Part shown: in pieces, positions 60,442-64,000 of the stretch
How the letters are laid out: every line of letters starts with the position of its first letter
How positions within the stretch are numbered: the first letter of the stretch is position 1
From: Candidatus Sulfomarinibacteraceae bacterium
GTDB taxonomy: Bacteria; Acidobacteriota; Thermoanaerobaculia; Thermoanaerobaculales; Sulfomarinibacteraceae
NCBI GenBank assembly: GCA_963796455.1
Contig: CAWCLO010000007.1
Coordinates: forward strand, 192,001-256,000
Direction of reading: 5' to 3'
DNA length: 64,000 nt
Translations under genes and position numbers: made by a program
Notes under the pieces: model-generated
Seen by the model: the letters and a program-made list of their open reading frames with translations, nothing else
Databases searched by the model: none
What the model was told of the DNA's origin: nothing

Positions 60442-61938
60442 TCAGCGTTTCCAATCTTCGACGAAGTCGGCTGGATTCCGGTTTTCGCCGTCGTCTCGGA
60501 CCTCGAAGTGAAGGTGCGGGCCGGTGCTTTTGCCGGTCGATCCCACCGTGGCAATGACCTCCCTTTGCGAAACCCGTTGCCCGGCATCTACCGCCAGTGA
60601 TCCGAGATGGGAGTACATGGTCGTGAGACCCTGGCCGTGGTCGATAATGATCACCGTCCCCGCCGCCGGCGATTCTTCATAGGCTTCGGTGGCCACCCTG
60701 ATCACGCCGCCGGCCGGCGCCACCACCGGTGTACCGGTCTTTGCACCGATATCGATGCCGCGGTGAAAAACACCCTCCTTGCCTGTGAATGGATCACGCT
60801 TCCCCGGACCAAAGGTCTGGGTTACCCGTCCATCGGGCAACGGATTGATCATTGTCATCTGATTCTTCAACTGCGCCGGGCTCGATGTCTGCATCCCCTG
60901 CTCGCCATCATCCGGTGCGACCGTCGCACCACCTTGACCCAGTGGCAACAAAAAGACTCCCAAAACGAAGGCTCCCAGTACTGCCGCAACAACCCGCGGC
61001 CGGCCGCCTTCGCGATCGAGGATTTTTTGAATTCGCACTCCGATTCTCCTTTTCTTGGCACTCATGGTTGGGGCTCCCGCTCCCTGCAGGTCGAGCCGAA
61101 GCACGTTGAGGAGGCCTCCGACATAGTCGCGGGCAGCAAGGCGCCCGGCGGCCACCGCCGTCGCATCCGCCAGCTGCTCGCGTTCTTCGCTGAGTCTCGC
61201 TCCGCTGATCCAGACCAGCGGATGGAAAAAGTAGACCGAATGGATCAGGTGTTGCAGACCGAGCCACAGTGCGTCCAGCCTCGCAACATGAGCCATCTCG
61301 TGGGCGATCACCGGTTCCAGGCAACTCGAATCGGCCAGAACGGATTGTGGCAGGAAGATCACGGGTCGAATCACGCCGGTTGTAAAGGGACTGGTTCGAG
61401 CGTTGGAGGAAAGGACTCTCACCCTTCGCCGGATCCGCAAGCGATCCCGCCACGAAGCGGCCAGCGCATCGATTTCTGGATCCTTCACCTCGACGGCGGC
61501 TCGGAGAATCGTGGAGAAGGCGGTTTTGCGCCTGCGATAGACGGAGAAGGTGGTCAACGCACCAACCACCCACACGATAAAAATGCCCACCGCCCTGTTC
61601 TGAGAGGCCCCCGAAGGCCCGATCAGAAAAGCCTCGCCGCCGCCTGTGGCTGCCAATGCCCCGTTGGGAGGAGCCTCGACCTGATGCGCACCGACGGAAA
61701 AATTCGATACTGAAACCGCGCCCAGGAGGCGACCGGCGCTTAACGGATGATTCAGCCCCGGCGGCAACAGCAGCCGGAGAAAGATCAACGACCACATCGC
61801 CACGTGAAAGGCCGGTCCGATCCGCCGGCCGCAGCGCGCCATGATCACCACGAAGACAAAGACCGGGATCACCAGGAGACTGTCCCGGACCAGCAGATCG
61901 GCCCAGGCGGATGCAAGATCGAGAAACATCGAGCTCAC
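60442..61938 (-). CDS. BlaR1-like M56 peptidase fused to M23 peptidase domain
   Basis: HEMAHVAR...YFFHPLVW...EREQLAD (M56); HRGIDI, TMYSHL and STGPHLHFEV (M23). Confidence 0.93.
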   Translation of the reverse strand: MSSMFLDLASAWADLLVRDSLLVIPVFVFVVIMARCGRRIGPAFHVAMWSLIFLRLLLPPGLNHPLSAGRLLGAVSVSNFSVGAHQVEAPPNGALAATGGGEAFLIGPSGASQNRAVGIFIVWVVGALTTFSVYRRRKTAFSTILRAAVEVKDPEIDALAASWRDRLRIRRRVRVLSSNARTSPFTTGVIRPVIFLPQSVLADSSCLEPVIAHEMAHVARLDALWLGLQHLIHSVYFFHPLVWISGARLSEEREQLADATAVAAGRLAARDYVGGLLNVLRLDLQGAGAPTMSAKKRRIGVRIQKILDREGGRPRVVAAVLGAFVLGVFLLPLGQGGATVAPDDGEQGMQTSSPAQLKNQMTMINPLPDGRVTQTFGPGKRDPFTGKEGVFHRGIDIGAKTGTPVVAPAGGVIRVATEAYEESPAAGTVIIIDHGQGLTTMYSHLGSLAVDAGQRVSQREVIATVGSTGKSTGPHLHFEVRDDGENRNPADFVEDWKR

Positions 61939-62336
61939 GATTCCGCCCCTTCGCCCGTCGATTCGCCGAGCAACTGCCGAAGCTCTTCGATTTCTTCGGC
62001 GCTCAGGTTGCCGCTCTCGGCAAAGAGAGACACCACCGGGACATGAGAGCTTTCCAAGACCTGGTGGGCAAAATCGCGAACCAACCGGGCCAGACCGGAT
62101 GCTCGGGATACCGAGGGCCGATACACATGAAGCCCGTGATACGAGCTCTTGCCGACCAGACCCTTGCGGACCATTCTGTCAATGGTTGTTCTGGTGGTGG
62201 AATAGGCCCAGTCCTGGCTCTCTCCCACATGCTGGTGCACCTCGCGAGCACTCAATCCGTCGGCGTCCCACAATACCTTCATGACCTCGAGTTCGGCCGG
62301 GGTGAGTTGGGGAAGGTCTGGGGTTGTGGCGCTCAT
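61935..62336 (-). CDS. BlaI/MecI/CopY family repressor
   Basis: LTPAELEVMKVLW, WAYSTTRT...KGLV and LSAEEIEELR motifs. Confidence 0.95.
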   Translation of the reverse strand: MSATTPDLPQLTPAELEVMKVLWDADGLSAREVHQHVGESQDWAYSTTRTTIDRMVRKGLVGKSSYHGLHVYRPSVSRASGLARLVRDFAHQVLESSHVPVVSLFAESGNLSAEEIEELRQLLGESTGEGAES

Positions 62337-62354
62337 CGGTCCTCCCGATTCATG

Positions 62355-62390
62355 ATGCTACATCTGTAGCATATTCGCTACACTATAGCG
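62355..62390. promoter_or_regulatory. BlaI/CopY-type operator(s)
   Basis: ATGCTACA-TC-TGTAGCAT (TACAnnTGTA box) plus an imperfect second site CGCTACACTATAGCG; TTGACA on the minus strand at 62408-62403. Confidence 0.8.
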
Positions 62391-62566
62391 AGAAATCAGG
62401 ATTGTCAAGGCTTGAGGCTATGGGGCTATGGGGCTGTGAGGCTATGAGGCTTGAGGCTATGAGGCTCCAAAGGACCGGATGTTTATCTGAGGATGTCACG
62501 GCCTGAGGCATGGGATCGGTGAGTAATCACGAACTCATAACTCCGAACTCCGAACTCCGAATTCTT

Positions 62567-63526
62567 TCAGAGCCCCAACTCATCAAAGGCGACATAGCCG
62601 GCCGTCACCTCGGCGCGGGCATCGGCGAGAGCAGTCCCCGCTCCCTCGAGTGTTTCTTCAGAAAGACCGTCGCTCAGGATGACATCAACAACCCCGGAAC
62701 CGAGATCGAAGGCAAATATTTTGGATGAAAAGGCGCCATCGCGCACTTCACGGGCCACCCGCACCATCGCCTCGGCCACATCAATCTCGACGGCCGCAAC
62801 AATCAGATCGGGATTGGAGGACATCAACCCGCGATCGGTCGCCACCAGTTTCAGCCCGGCGCTGCGAGCGGCGGCAAGAATCTCGGGGTCGGCAAAGTCG
62901 GTCGCGTAGAGCGCGACCTCGACCCCGGCCGCCGCAAGGCTCGCTGCGCCATCCACTCCGTGCACGGTGATGACCTCGGTTCGATTCCGGTGGGCGTGGA
63001 ACCCGGCTGCAAAACCTTCTTCGAGCGCTTCGAGCCAGGCCTGGCCTTCACCCCTCAACACACCCGCGCGTTTGCCGGACGCCACAACTCCGGCCACCGC
63101 ACCCGCCAGATACCCGGCCTCCTCAGGAAGAAACTGGATACCGGCCAGGTTGCCGCCCCGGACCCGGCCGGGCAGCAGCACGAAGATAGTCCCCGGGAAG
63201 GCCGCCGCCTCGGTGTAGAGGCTTTTTTCGAAAAGGGATCCGGTACAAAAAACGAGATCCGCCGGTTCCCGGCCGACCGCGAGCAAACGGGCTCGAGCGT
63301 CATTCGAATCAATCACCCGAAAGGCCTCGACATCTGCTCCGAGTTCCTCCCCGATACGGACGAGTCCCATTTGTGCAGCCCGATCCCAGCGACCTGCTAA
63401 GTCTTCACTGCTGATCGTCCGCACCGTGAAGCCGTTTATCGCGGTCTGCTCTCTCCGATCACAGGTTGCCATCAGGAGAGCCAATAACAAGGCGACGAGA
63501 ACAACGGTGATCCCCGGTTTTCGCAT
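62567..63526 (-). CDS. BMP family ABC transporter substrate-binding lipoprotein
   Basis: Lipobox-like MATC, F.PEEAGYLAGAVAG and EGFAAG motifs. Confidence 0.85.
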   Translation of the reverse strand: MRKPGITVVLVALLLALLMATCDRREQTAINGFTVRTISSEDLAGRWDRAAQMGLVRIGEELGADVEAFRVIDSNDARARLLAVGREPADLVFCTGSLFEKSLYTEAAAFPGTIFVLLPGRVRGGNLAGIQFLPEEAGYLAGAVAGVVASGKRAGVLRGEGQAWLEALEEGFAAGFHAHRNRTEVITVHGVDGAASLAAAGVEVALYATDFADPEILAAARSAGLKLVATDRGLMSSNPDLIVAAVEIDVAEAMVRVAREVRDGAFSSKIFAFDLGSGVVDVILSDGLSEETLEGAGTALADARAEVTAGYVAFDELGL

Positions 63527-63557
63527 AGCTCCGTTCATCATACGCTAATATCATCCA

Positions 63558-64000
63558 ATGGATCTCCTCCAACTGGTTGCAGAGCTCGACGATCTCCTCG
63601 ATTCGGAAGGCACGGCCGATTATTGCCCCAACGGTCTGCAGGTCGAAGGAGCGCCAACGATCCGCCGAATCGTGACCGCGGTGTCAGCTTCAAGGGAGCT
63701 TTTTCACCACGCCATCGAGGAAGACGCGGATGCGATCATCGTCCACCACGGCGTTCTCTGGAACGGATCAGAAGCACCCCGCATCATTGGTTCGTTTCGC
63801 GAACGGCTCCGGCTACTGCTCGAAAACCGAATCTCGCTCATCGCCTATCACCTGCCCCTCGATCGCCATCTTGAACTCGGCAATGCGGCCCAGCTCGCGC
63901 GGAGGATCGGCCTCTCGGAGCTCGAGCCATTCGGGATTCACAACGGCGCGCCGACCGGAGTCTGCGGCGTTTTCCCGGAACCGATCGAGGCGGAGGAATT
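63558..64000 (+). CDS. Nif3-like dinuclear metal centre protein (partial)
   Basis: Manual translation: MDLLQLVAELDDLL...DYCPNGLQVEG...ADAIIVHHG...LIAYHLPLD.H.ELGN. Confidence 0.93.
   Translation, partial: MDLLQLVAELDDLLDSEGTADYCPNGLQVEGAPTIRRIVTAVSASRELFHHAIEEDADAIIVHHGVLWNGSEAPRIIGSFRERLRLLLENRISLIAYHLPLDRHLELGNAAQLARRIGLSELEPFGIHNGAPTGVCGVFPEPIEAEE

Overview
GC-rich bacterial chromosome segment, mostly housekeeping genes. The lineage is inferred, not proven, to be Acidobacteriota (Thermoanaerobaculia-like). Genes include infC (partial), recO, a RomR-like regulator, birA, dsbD, ffh-rpsP-khpA-rimM-trmD, trxA, proS, rimP-nusA-infB-rbfA-truB-rpsO-pnp, fbaB, argF, argS, two acyl-CoA dehydrogenases, an ECF sigma/anti-sigma pair and BlaI/M56-M23. 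The main novelty is intergenic: eight copies of a transposase-free element. Intact copies have ~20-bp terminal inverted repeats (TCACTSYTGTCCAARACAGA), 7-bp flanking direct repeats (perfect in three copies, 6/7 in a fourth) and complementary hexamer-repeat arms. Long copies (~860 bp) carry only a four-helix-bundle (23S-IVP/Avd-like) gene. Its ribosome-binding site is buried in a hairpin whose core is identical in all four copies, while the CDS shows mostly synonymous change. Short copies (~450-530 bp) replace the gene with a two-state hairpin. Most copies sit in heptamer tandem arrays. Other notable items: an ArsC selenoprotein (UGA at the catalytic Cys plus a SECIS-like hairpin) that the ORF track truncates, an AUC start for infC, a frameshifted acyl-CoA dehydrogenase producing a spurious 887-aa fusion, FadR-like and BlaI operators, several apparently leaderless genes and many paired 7-9 bp microsatellites. 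No rRNA, tRNA, CRISPR array or transposase was recognised.
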